30,429 nucleotides of DNA, taken from IMG/VR virus record IMGVR_UViG_3300042329_000043, positions 1-30,429 of that record; one strand, written 5' to 3'. The translations under genes were made by a program, and so were the position numbers. The notes under the pieces are model-generated. The model saw nothing but the letters and a program-made list of their open reading frames with translations, searched no databases and was not told the DNA's origin. This DNA comes from a virus (taxonomy: Duplodnaviria; Caudoviricetes). This document shows, one piece after another, positions 1-8,461 of this stretch; the stretch's first letter is position 1; every line of letters begins with the position of its first letter.

Positions 1-95
1 AGAACAATATGAAACGGCTAAAATAGCATTAACCGAAAAAACGAATATAGAAATTGCAAAGTTAGACGAAGACGCAAAAAATAAAAAACAAGAAT
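1..95. repeat. Terminal overlap, copy 1 (identical to 30335-30429); circular assembly
   Basis: Exact 95-nt identity of the window start and end; the tape measure reading frame is continuous across the junction. Confidence 0.97.
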
Positions 96-589
96 TATTA
101 AACAAACAATTAGACGCAGTTAAAGGCGGTTTAACATCTATTGCAAACATAGCCGAACTATTTGCGGGTAAAAGTAAAGCAAGCCAACGAAGAGCATTTA
201 ACGTACAAAAAGCTGCTAATATAGCGAGCGCAACAATAGATACTTACATGAGCGCTCAAAGTGCTTATAAGTCAACTATTGGCGTTCCCGTTGTCGGACC
301 AGTATTAGCTCCTTTAGCGGCAGCGGGAGCAATTGCAGCGGGTTTAATAAATATTAAGAAAATAAAACAATCTCAATTTGAAGGCGGATCAACGCCTCCA
401 GATAGCACTGCTCCAACATCAACAACAGGCGGTGCACCACAAGCGCCACAATTTAATGTTGTTGGAAATAATGGAATGAATCAATTAGCTCAGTTACAAC
501 AGCAGCCAGTTCAAGCTTATGTTGTTAGTTCACAAATGACAAGCGCTCAAGCTTTAGAAAGGAATAGAATTACAAATGCAACAATTTAA
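2..589 (+). CDS. C-terminal part of the tape measure protein (continues from 28551 across the origin)
   Basis: Frame is open from nt 2 (EQYETAKIAL...) and in frame with the 248 ORF and the ORF starting at 28551; Ala/Gly-rich hydrophobic segment PVVGPVLAPLAAAGAIAAG. Confidence 0.85.
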   Translation, partial: EQYETAKIALTEKTNIEIAKLDEDAKNKKQELLNKQLDAVKGGLTSIANIAELFAGKSKASQRRAFNVQKAANIASATIDTYMSAQSAYKSTIGVPVVGPVLAPLAAAGAIAAGLINIKKIKQSQFEGGSTPPDSTAPTSTTGGAPQAPQFNVVGNNGMNQLAQLQQQPVQAYVVSSQMTSAQALERNRITNATI

Positions 590-610
590 AAAAACTTTAA
601 TTATATATAT
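580..610 (+). promoter_or_regulatory. Candidate phage late promoter AACA-N13-TTAATTATA-N5-ATG
   Basis: Same motif and spacing at 2427, 5470 and 22780. Confidence 0.6.
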
Positions 611-1309
611 ATGCGGATCATAGAATTAATAATAGACGAACAAGACGATCAAAGCGGAATAGATGCAATAAGTGTTGTTATGTCTCCGGCGATAGAAGAA
701 AATTTTATTCATTTATCAAAACATGAAATAGTTTTAAAAGAAGTTGACGCAGAAAAGCGTATATTAATGGGGCCTGCTTTGGTTCCTAATAAACAAATAT
801 ACCGTAAAAACGACAAGACAAAAGATGAGTATTATATTTATTTTTCAAAAGAAACAATACGAAAAGCGAGTGAATTGTTTTTAATAAACTCAAATCAAAA
901 CAATTCTACTTTAGAACATAGTCAAAAATTAAAAGGCATGTCAGTTGTTGAAAGTTGGATTATCGAAGGCGAAAATGATAAATCTAAAAACTATGGTTTT
1001 GATTTACCACAAGGTACTTGGATGATCTCAATGAAAGTAAATAACGACGAAATTTGGAACAAAGTTAAATTAGGCGAGGTTAAAGGATTCTCGATTGAAG
1101 GTTATTTTGCGGACAGATACGAAATGAATATTGATCAAGACGAAATTATAGTTGAAAAAATAAAAGAAATAATTTTAGCCGAAGGTCAAACGCATTATAC
1201 AATCGATGGTAAAATTTACGAAGGCGAAACACATAAAGACGCAAACGGAAAATTAATGACTGGCAAAGTTCACACATCAGATAGTAAATTTTTGTATCAC
1301 GCAATTTAA
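611..1309 (+). CDS. XkdF-like prohead (maturation) protease with a short His-rich C-terminal appendage
   Basis: Motifs KRILMGPALVPNK, TLEH, VVESWI, GTWMISMKV, GEVKGFSIEG typical of PBSX XkdF-like proteases; lies upstream of scaffold and capsid genes. Confidence 0.8.
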   Translation: MRIIELIIDEQDDQSGIDAISVVMSPAIEENFIHLSKHEIVLKEVDAEKRILMGPALVPNKQIYRKNDKTKDEYYIYFSKETIRKASELFLINSNQNNSTLEHSQKLKGMSVVESWIIEGENDKSKNYGFDLPQGTWMISMKVNNDEIWNKVKLGEVKGFSIEGYFADRYEMNIDQDEIIVEKIKEIILAEGQTHYTIDGKIYEGETHKDANGKLMTGKVHTSDSKFLYHAI

Positions 1310-1347
1310 ATAATAAATAAAAAAAATAACTATATTAAAATTATTAT

Positions 1348-1355
1348 TATATTTG
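1348..1355 (+). promoter_or_regulatory. Bacteroidota housekeeping promoter -7 box (TAnnTTTG)
   Basis: TATATTTG followed by TATATAA in an intergenic gap; similar copies at 11196, 14550 and 17739. Confidence 0.6.
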
Positions 1356-1380
1356 TATATAAATTAAAAACAATTTAAAC

Positions 1381-1767
1381 ATGAAAACGACTAAAGAATT
1401 AATTATTGCAGATATTACTGCAAAGGTAGAAGCTAAGTTAGCAAAACACGAAGTTCAGTTATCAAATATTGTTGCTTTAGACGAAGCAATTGTTAGGTTT
1501 AATAAAAGTTTTGGAAACTATATGAAAGAATTACCAAAACTAAAATCATTAGCAAAAAGCATGGACGCTTATGGCAAAGAATTTGTGTCAGCTTATAGAG
1601 ACGTTGTCTCTTTAAATAGAGACATAGAAATTGCTTTTAACAATCTAGGGGTAAAACCTTCTTCAAATGAAACTATGAAAAAGGCAGATAAAGTGTTACA
1701 AACAGATCCACAATCTTATACAATGCGTTCAGGTTATTTACAAGGGATTAACAGTTTGAATGACTAA
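1381..1767 (+). CDS. Helical hypothetical protein, divergent member of the head-module paralogue family
   Basis: KHEVQLS motif and FNNLG motif shared with ORFs 1999, 2458 and 2841. Confidence 0.75.
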   Translation: MKTTKELIIADITAKVEAKLAKHEVQLSNIVALDEAIVRFNKSFGNYMKELPKLKSLAKSMDAYGKEFVSAYRDVVSLNRDIEIAFNNLGVKPSSNETMKKADKVLQTDPQSYTMRSGYLQGINSLND

Positions 1768-1782
1768 TTTAATAAATAACTT

Positions 1783-1971
1783 ATGAAAACACCAAGTAAA
1801 ACAAGCCCAAAAGGTGGTCGACGTGCATGTTTATGTGAAAACAGTACTTATTCAATTAAATGTTGTGATGGCAGTTTACAAGCTCAAGGTATAGGATCAA
1901 CACAAGGACAAAACAATTCAACTAGTACAAACACAAATAATGAAAGGATTATTGTGAGCGTAAACGGTTAA
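1783..1971 (+). CDS. Small Cys-rich hypothetical protein in the head module
   Basis: ORF with RACLC...YSIKCCDGSLQAQGIG and an A-rich start context. Confidence 0.7.
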   Translation: MKTPSKTSPKGGRRACLCENSTYSIKCCDGSLQAQGIGSTQGQNNSTSTNTNNERIIVSVNG

Positions 1972-1998
1972 ACGAAAATATAACAAATAAAATAAACC

Positions 1999-2406
1999 AT
2001 GAATACACTACAAAACATTTACAACAAGTTATCCGAAAAAACGGAGTTAGAAAAACATAATGTTAATTTATTAAGCGCTATTGAGGAGCTAAAAAAAATG
2101 GAGCAGTATATTAAGAAAGAACACGCGTTGCTGGTTAAAAATTCAGCTAAGTATGTTCAAATGAAAGAGGAAACGGGGGTGTTTTACAAAAAGGAAGTAG
2201 CAGCAATAGGTTATAATCTTAGACTTTTTATTAAAAATGAAGCTTGGAACGCTCGGGATAAATACTTAGCTAAGTTAAAAGAATTAGGAATTGAAGAAAA
2301 AGACAATGATGCGCTTATTGAATTTCGGAATTTACAATTAAAAATTAATGAGGACCTTGATGAAAGATATACCTCTAATTTTTGGTGGATTGGCACAATT
2401 AAATAA
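1999..2406 (+). CDS. Leader-tagged helical paralogue 1 (putative internal head protein)
   Basis: N-terminus MNTLQNIYNKLSEKTELEKHNVNL; KELG motif. Confidence 0.75.
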   Translation: MNTLQNIYNKLSEKTELEKHNVNLLSAIEELKKMEQYIKKEHALLVKNSAKYVQMKEETGVFYKKEVAAIGYNLRLFIKNEAWNARDKYLAKLKELGIEEKDNDALIEFRNLQLKINEDLDERYTSNFWWIGTIK

Positions 2407-2426
2407 AAACTTTTAACTGAAAATAT

Positions 2427-2457
2427 AACAAATAAATAAAACTTAAATTATATAATT
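2427..2457 (+). promoter_or_regulatory. Candidate phage late promoter AACA-N13-TAAATTATA-N5-ATG
   Basis: Motif and spacing conserved with three other sites. Confidence 0.55.
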
Positions 2458-2823
2458 ATGAACACACTACAAAACGTATTTAATAAAATTGCTACTAAAA
2501 TAGAGTTAGAAAAACACGAAATTGAGTTAGCTAATATTGGGGACTTAGTAAAATTAACCGCTGATGCAAATAATAAATTAAAACAATTTAATGATTATTA
2601 CGCTCAATTAGACAAATTAGTCGCACCTATAATTAAAAGCGGTCAATTATATGTAGAAGCATTAAACAACTCTAGAGATTTGTATAATGAAATAGCGCCA
2701 AAATTTAAAGATATAGGTTTAGATTTTACTATTACGCCAGAAGCAAAAGCTTTTAAAGATTTATCAATAAGAGGAGAAAGAAGTGTTATTGACTCAATGG
2801 TTGCGAAAGTTAAAAATTTATAA
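2458..2823 (+). CDS. Leader-tagged helical paralogue 2 (putative internal head protein)
   Basis: N-terminus MNTLQNVFNKIATKIELEKHEIELA; FKDIGL motif. Confidence 0.8.
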   Translation: MNTLQNVFNKIATKIELEKHEIELANIGDLVKLTADANNKLKQFNDYYAQLDKLVAPIIKSGQLYVEALNNSRDLYNEIAPKFKDIGLDFTITPEAKAFKDLSIRGERSVIDSMVAKVKNL

Positions 2824-2840
2824 AATAAACAAATAAAACT

Positions 2841-3206
2841 ATGAACACACTTCAAAATGTATTTAACAAAATTGCTACTAAAACCGAGTTAGAAAAACAC
2901 GAAGTCGAGTTAGCAAGCATTCAAGATTTGCAAAAATTAAACCAAAATGCATATAAAAATTTAGCTGAGTTTAAAAAACATGAGCAAGATATAAAAGCTA
3001 TTGCTAAGTTATTAATTAGTTCTGCAGAAAAGTTTAACGATAACACTCGAGACATTAATCTTATGGCAAAAGACTTAAGTAAGCAATTTAAAGAACTAGG
3101 TTTAAATTTTTTAGATAATGCAGATGTTAAAGCCGCAACTCAAATATTAAACATGGATTTTGAAGTTGGTCAATATCTTGGTTATGTAAGGCAAATTGTA
3201 AAATAA
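2841..3206 (+). CDS. Leader-tagged helical paralogue 3 (putative internal head protein)
   Basis: N-terminus MNTLQNVFNKIATKTELEKHEVELA; FKELGL motif. Confidence 0.8.
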   Translation: MNTLQNVFNKIATKTELEKHEVELASIQDLQKLNQNAYKNLAEFKKHEQDIKAIAKLLISSAEKFNDNTRDINLMAKDLSKQFKELGLNFLDNADVKAATQILNMDFEVGQYLGYVRQIVK

Positions 3207-3226
3207 ATAAAATAAACAAATAAAAT

Positions 3227-3811
3227 ATGAAAACAAGCGTATTAAAACAAATCAAAACTTTACTTGGAATGGAAGTAAAGTTAGAACAAAGAAAAATGGC
3301 AGATGGAGTTACCTTAATTGAAGCTGATGCTTTTGAAATGGATAACGAAGTTTTTGTTGTAACCGAAGATGATCAAAAAATACCAGTTCCAGTTGGCGAA
3401 TATGAAATGGAAGATGGCATGATTATGGTAGTAGTTGAAGAAGGAATTATAGCTGAATACAAAGAAGCTGAAGCAACAGAAGAAGAAGTTGCACCAGAAG
3501 AAGCTCCTGTTGAAGAAGAAGTTGCAGCTGAAACAGAAACTAAAACTGCACCAAAGAAAACTATTGAATCAATTGTTAAAGAAACTTTCTTTAGTGAAAT
3601 TGAAAAACTTAAAACAGAAAATATTGAATTAAAATCGCAAATTGAAAAACTAACCGCAGTTGCTACAAACGACAATGTCGTAGAACTTGCCGAAAATGTT
3701 AAACCAATTTCGCACAATCCAGAAAATACAAACCCAATTGAATTTGTTAAATACGCACAAAACAGACCGCGTAATATTATGGATTCAATACTACAAAAAA
3801 TAAATAAATAA
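3227..3811 (+). CDS. Capsid scaffolding protein (putative)
   Basis: Very acidic, with a coiled-coil segment; lies directly upstream of the capsid gene. Confidence 0.65.
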   Translation: MKTSVLKQIKTLLGMEVKLEQRKMADGVTLIEADAFEMDNEVFVVTEDDQKIPVPVGEYEMEDGMIMVVVEEGIIAEYKEAEATEEEVAPEEAPVEEEVAAETETKTAPKKTIESIVKETFFSEIEKLKTENIELKSQIEKLTAVATNDNVVELAENVKPISHNPENTNPIEFVKYAQNRPRNIMDSILQKINK

Positions 3812-3838
3812 TATAAACTAAAAAAAACATTTTTAAAA

Positions 3839-4771
3839 ATGGCAACTACAACATCGATTACAACTACTTATGCTGGCGAATTTGCTGGTAAGTACATAGC
3901 TGCGGCTATATTAAGCGCTCCAACATTGGAGCAAGGAGGGATTACTATTGTTCCAAATGTAAAATACAAGCAAGTAATTAAGAAAGTCGCTACAAACGAC
4001 ATTTTGAAAAACGCAACTTGTGATTTTGACGCAACATCAACTATTACTTTAACTGAAAGAATTTTACAACCAGAAGAATTTCAAGTTAATTTACAACTTT
4101 GTAAAAAAGATTTTCGTTCTGACTGGGATGCGGTTCAAATGGGTTATTCAGCATTTGATCAATTACCAAAGTCTTTCGCAGACTTTTTAATCGCTCACGT
4201 TTCAGCAAAAATAGCTGCTAAAATGGAAACAAACATTTGGAATGGAGCAACTGCTAATGCTGGTGAATTTGACGGATTCAGAGCGTTGATGTTAGCAGAT
4301 GCAACTGTTTTAGATGTAGTTGGAGCTGTACCAATTACTTCAGCAACTGTTATCGCAGCATTAGGAGATACAGTTGATTTAATTCCTGCTTCACTTTACG
4401 GAAACGAAGGTTTAAGGATTTATGCTTCACAAAATGCTGTTAAAAGTTACGTTCGTGCTTTAGGTGGTTTTTCAGTTGCTGCAACATCAAATTCTGGAAC
4501 AAACGCACAAGGAACACAATGGTATGCAAACGGAAGTTTAACATTTGATGGTATTCCAATTTTTATGGCTAACGGATTGAATGCAGACACAATGATTGCA
4601 ACTACAATTGATAATCTTTACTTTGCGACTGGTTTATTAAATGACACAAACCTTGTTAAAGTCATTGATATGGCTGACATCGATGGATCACAAAATGTTC
4701 GTGTAGTTATGAGAATGACAGGTGTAGTTAATTACGGAATTGGTTCTGATTGCGTTCTTTACACATCATAG
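3839..4771 (+). CDS. Major capsid protein
   Basis: 310 aa, follows protease and scaffold, followed by a terminator-like hairpin; capsid-like motifs (TERILQPEEFQVNLQLCK, ETNIWNG, VRVVMR). Confidence 0.85.
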   Translation: MATTTSITTTYAGEFAGKYIAAAILSAPTLEQGGITIVPNVKYKQVIKKVATNDILKNATCDFDATSTITLTERILQPEEFQVNLQLCKKDFRSDWDAVQMGYSAFDQLPKSFADFLIAHVSAKIAAKMETNIWNGATANAGEFDGFRALMLADATVLDVVGAVPITSATVIAALGDTVDLIPASLYGNEGLRIYASQNAVKSYVRALGGFSVAATSNSGTNAQGTQWYANGSLTFDGIPIFMANGLNADTMIATTIDNLYFATGLLNDTNLVKVIDMADIDGSQNVRVVMRMTGVVNYGIGSDCVLYTS

Positions 4772-4781
4772 AAATTTATTT

Positions 4782-4812
4782 AGGGGCAGTGAAATAAATG
4801 CCCCTTATTATT
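4782..4812 (+). terminator. Intrinsic terminator-like hairpin after the capsid gene
   Basis: AGGGGCA (4782-4788) / TGCCCCT (4799-4805) stem, followed by a weak T-rich tail. Confidence 0.6.
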
Positions 4813-4835
4813 AATATTTAAAAACAAAAAACATT

Positions 4836-5411
4836 ATGAGTTGTGATATAGCAAACGGTCGATTGGAGCAATGTAAAGATTCAATCTCGGGTTTACAAGC
4901 AATATATTTTATCAATTATGGTTCTTTTGATCCAGATCCATCACCAGCTGGTGATGTTACTTACTCATTGACACCAGGTCTTGAAGACTTGATCACTGGT
5001 ATTTCGGCAGTTGGATTAACTGATATTTATAAATATGAATTAAAAGGTGCTAATGGCTTTGATACAGCTATCCAAACATCTAGAGATAATGGTACAACTT
5101 TCTTTGAACAAACATTAACTGTTCAATTTAAAAGACAAGATGCTGTTACCCACAAAAACATTAAAATGTTGGCATACGGAAGGCCACAAATTGTTGTTCG
5201 TACAAATGGGAATCAATTCTTTTTAGCTGGATTGTTTAGAGGTATGGATGCATCTGCTGGTACTATTTCAAGTGGTACAGCTCTAGGTGATTTTAATGGT
5301 TACGGATTGACTTTTATGGGTCAAGAAGAGACGCCAGCAAATTTCTTAGATTGTACAACTGAAGCAGGATTAGCAACTTTACTTGGTGGCGTAACAATAG
5401 TAGACAATTAA
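4836..5411 (+). CDS. Major tail (tube) protein, putative
   Basis: 191 aa acidic, beta-rich protein after the capsid gene (SRDNGTTFFEQTL, GDFNGYGLTF); followed by a strong terminator. Confidence 0.7.
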   Translation: MSCDIANGRLEQCKDSISGLQAIYFINYGSFDPDPSPAGDVTYSLTPGLEDLITGISAVGLTDIYKYELKGANGFDTAIQTSRDNGTTFFEQTLTVQFKRQDAVTHKNIKMLAYGRPQIVVRTNGNQFFLAGLFRGMDASAGTISSGTALGDFNGYGLTFMGQEETPANFLDCTTEAGLATLLGGVTIVDN

Positions 5412-5439
5412 AAAGACGTTTTATTGGTTAAAACAAATT

Positions 5440-5467
5440 AGGGTTGGATTCGTCTGACCCTTTTTTT
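5440..5467 (+). terminator. Intrinsic terminator
   Basis: AGGGTTGGA-TTCG-TCTGACCCT hairpin (with G-U pairs) followed by a T run. Confidence 0.85.
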
Positions 5468-5469
5468 AA

Positions 5470-5500
5470 AACAAAAATAAGAAATGTTAATTATATCTAT
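5470..5500 (+). promoter_or_regulatory. Candidate phage late promoter AACA-N13-TTAATTATA-N5-ATG
   Basis: Lies immediately after a terminator, where a new promoter would be needed; motif shared with three other sites. Confidence 0.65.
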
Positions 5501-5839
5501 ATGATAGTTTTAACTACTAATAATATTACAACTCAAACTTTTAGTTGTACTCCAAGAGTTGGTACAATTACTGACATGTTAATTACAGACGAAAGCGAAA
5601 ATGTAACTACTAATGTTGCAATTACTACACAAGGCGCTTCAAGTTATTATTATGTTATAGGTGGAGTTTTTAACCTTACTGAAAATCGTTTTTACATGAT
5701 TGAATTAAAAGATTCAAATGGCAATAGATTGTTTTTAGATAAAGTATTTTGTACTGATCAAGCAATTTCAAGTTTTTCAGTAAATCAAGGACAATATGTT
5801 GTCCATAATACAATTAATGAATATATAATTTATGAATAA
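5501..5839 (+). CDS. Virion structural protein (possible head closure/neck protein)
   Basis: Start moved to ATG 5501 because 5444 lies inside the terminator; beta-rich 112 aa; overlaps the portal start. Confidence 0.65.
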   Translation: MIVLTTNNITTQTFSCTPRVGTITDMLITDESENVTTNVAITTQGASSYYYVIGGVFNLTENRFYMIELKDSNGNRLFLDKVFCTDQAISSFSVNQGQYVVHNTINEYIIYE

Positions 5840-7607
5840 TCTACACGTTTTAGAATTATCTTCTTATCAACAGCCAAGAATACAAGAGTCAAAGAGAGAA
5901 AATTGGGTAGAATTTGGCGAAGATAATGATTATTTTCAATTTTTGATAGATAGACATACAAATAGTACGACCAATAGCGCTATAATTAACAATGTTTGTA
6001 GATTAGTTTATGGACGTGGTTTAAGCGCGTTAAATGCGTCTAGAAAGCCAAATGAGTACGCTCAAATGATTGCTTTGTTCTCTACAGATTGTATTAGAAA
6101 AATGATTGTTGATCGTAAGTTATTAGGACAGTTTACAATTCAAGTACATTACTCAAAAGATAGAAAATCAATTCTAAAAGCTTATCATATACCGGTTAAT
6201 TTAATACGAGCTGAAAAATGTAATAAAGACGGCGATATTGCTGGTTATTATTATTCAGATAATTGGCAAGATATTCGTAATTTTCCACCGATTAGATATT
6301 CAGCATTTGGTTTTTCAAACGACAACGTAGAAATTCTTTTTGTTAAACCTTATTCTGTTGGTTTAAAATATTATGCTTATCCTGACTATCAAGGAGCTGT
6401 GCCATATATGGTATTAGAAGAAGAAATTAGCAAATATTTATTAAATGAAGTTCAAAACGGATTCTCAGGAACTAAAGTTGTAAACTTTAATAATGGAACC
6501 CCGAGCGACGAACAGCAAGAAATTATTAGCCAAAAAGTTTTAAATAAATTAACCGGATCAAGAGGACAAAAAGTTATAATTGCTTTTAATGATAATTTAG
6601 AAGCTAAAACAACCATCGATGATATTCCATTAAACGACGCACCAGAACACTACACTTATTTAAGCGAAGAATGTTTGCGTAAAATAATGTTAGGTCACAA
6701 TGTTACAAGTCCTTTATTATTTGGAGTTACTTCAGCAAATGGATTTTCAAGCAATGCTGACGAATTAAAAAATAGCGCTATATTATTCGATAATATGGTT
6801 ATACGACCTTTTCAAGAAGAGTTAATATATGCATTTAATAAGATCTTAGCTTACAATGGAATAAGTTTAAATTTATTTTTCAAAACTTTACAACCTTTAG
6901 AATTTACAGACTTAGAAAATGCACAAAGTCAAGATCAAGTAGCAGAAGAAACAGGAGTTGCATTAACAAAACAAAAGAAAAATGACGAAGCTTTAGCGCA
7001 AGCATTAATTGATATGGGAGAAGATCCGCATGCAAATTGGGTATTAATAGACGAATTTGATGTTGATTACGATACCGAAGACGAAATAGATGCTGAAATT
7101 AAAAACTTAAATAAGCCTAAAAATAGTTTATTAAGTAAGGTTTATAATTTTGTTTCAACTGGAACTGCTAACCCAAGAGCAAAAAGCGAGCAAGACGAAT
7201 TTGTTGAAGGAATAAAATTTATTACACGTTATAAATATGCAAATCCAATTAGTGAGGATTCACGTTTATTTTGTCAAAAAATGGTTGGAGCTGAAAAGAT
7301 ATATAGAAAAGAAGATATAATTAGAATGGGCACGCAAATAGTTAATCAAGGTTGGGGACCAAAAGGAGCTGATACCTATTCTATATGGTTATATAAAGGC
7401 GGAGGAGCTTGTCACCATGTCTGGAAACGACAAACATTTGTAGCCTTTGACGATAAAACGGGAATAGACCCATTAAGCCCAAACGCAAAAACAATTTCGA
7501 CTGGCAAAGCTGAAAAAGCTGGTTATAGAATAAGAAACCCAAATCTTGTTGCAATGCGACCAATTGACATGCCTAATCAAGGATTTTTACCAACAAATAA
7601 ACAATAA
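5832..7607 (+). CDS. Portal protein with a C-terminal head-morphogenesis (MuF-like) extension
   Basis: Portal-like N-terminal ~370 aa (STTNSAII, YYAYPDY, IMLGHNVTSPLLFG, NMVIRPFQ); C-terminal SRLFCQKM...GGGACHHVW motif. Confidence 0.8.
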   Translation: MNNLHVLELSSYQQPRIQESKRENWVEFGEDNDYFQFLIDRHTNSTTNSAIINNVCRLVYGRGLSALNASRKPNEYAQMIALFSTDCIRKMIVDRKLLGQFTIQVHYSKDRKSILKAYHIPVNLIRAEKCNKDGDIAGYYYSDNWQDIRNFPPIRYSAFGFSNDNVEILFVKPYSVGLKYYAYPDYQGAVPYMVLEEEISKYLLNEVQNGFSGTKVVNFNNGTPSDEQQEIISQKVLNKLTGSRGQKVIIAFNDNLEAKTTIDDIPLNDAPEHYTYLSEECLRKIMLGHNVTSPLLFGVTSANGFSSNADELKNSAILFDNMVIRPFQEELIYAFNKILAYNGISLNLFFKTLQPLEFTDLENAQSQDQVAEETGVALTKQKKNDEALAQALIDMGEDPHANWVLIDEFDVDYDTEDEIDAEIKNLNKPKNSLLSKVYNFVSTGTANPRAKSEQDEFVEGIKFITRYKYANPISEDSRLFCQKMVGAEKIYRKEDIIRMGTQIVNQGWGPKGADTYSIWLYKGGGACHHVWKRQTFVAFDDKTGIDPLSPNAKTISTGKAEKAGYRIRNPNLVAMRPIDMPNQGFLPTNKQ

Positions 7608-8350
7608 TGGCAGAAGCACTATTAATATCAAGAAACGATCTAGTTAAATTTACTGCTTTAAACGGTAATATTGACACTGACAAATTTATTCAATTTATCA
7701 AAATAGCGCAAGATATTCATATACAAAATTATTTAGGAACTGATTTATTAAATAAATTAAAAAACGACATTGTAAATTCTCAATCTGGAATTGGTGAAGT
7801 TACGACTGCGACAATTAACGTTGCAGGATCAGGTTACACAACAGCTCTTAATGTAGCTACTACTGGTGGCACAGGAAGTGGTTTAACATTTGATATTGTA
7901 GCAGTATTAGGAATCGTTATTTCAGCAACTATTAATAATAATGGCATTGGTTATATTGTAGGGGATTCAGTTACAATAACTGGAGGCAATACAGATTGTG
8001 ATATAGATATAGATGGAATTGACGAAATTCAAGAACCTTATTTATCATTGCTTAATATATACGTAAAACCAATGTTAATACATTGGGCAATGGTCGAATT
8101 TATTCCTTGGTCGGCATATACTTTAGCAAACAAAGGTGTTTATAAACATAATTCTGAAAACTCTATAAACGTAGAAAAAAACGAAGTAGATTTTTTAATA
8201 GAAAAAGAACGCATGATTGCGCAAAATTATACAGAGCGTTTTATAAATTTTATTAGTTATAATAATTATTTATTTCCAGAATACAATTCTAATAGTAATG
8301 CAGACATGTTTCCAAGTACTCAAAACAATTACACTGGTTGGTATATTTAA
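7607..8350 (+). CDS. Head-tail adaptor-like protein with an inserted Gly/Thr-rich domain
   Basis: Follows the portal; helical IKIAQDIHIQNYLGT...YVKPMLIHW framework interrupted by a GSGY/TGGTGSG segment. Confidence 0.6.
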   Translation: MAEALLISRNDLVKFTALNGNIDTDKFIQFIKIAQDIHIQNYLGTDLLNKLKNDIVNSQSGIGEVTTATINVAGSGYTTALNVATTGGTGSGLTFDIVAVLGIVISATINNNGIGYIVGDSVTITGGNTDCDIDIDGIDEIQEPYLSLLNIYVKPMLIHWAMVEFIPWSAYTLANKGVYKHNSENSINVEKNEVDFLIEKERMIAQNYTERFINFISYNNYLFPEYNSNSNADMFPSTQNNYTGWYI

Positions 8351-8359
8351 AAACTAAAA

Positions 8360-8458
8360 ATGAGAAAAGAAAAAAGTATTTACAAGCCTAAAGAAAAAAA
8401 CATTATTAAGTTAAAAATATTTTTACAAAAAATAGAAAAAGTAATTAAAAATAAATAA
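8360..8458 (+). CDS. Small basic hypothetical protein (32 aa)
   Basis: MRKEKSIYKPKEKNIIKLKIFLQK...; fills the gap and has an A-rich start context. Confidence 0.45.
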   Translation: MRKEKSIYKPKEKNIIKLKIFLQKIEKVIKNK

Positions 8459-8461
8459 TTA

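Noticed and set aside
248-589. Independent 113-aa gene
   Set aside because: The frame is open upstream across the junction, so it is the tape measure C-terminus
1999-3206. Diversity-generating retroelement template/variable repeats
   Set aside because: No reverse transcriptase; differences between copies are not adenine-specific and the repeats are at gene 5' ends
5444-5500. TTG start at 5444
   Set aside because: It lies inside a terminator hairpin; ATG 5501 fits the conserved upstream motif
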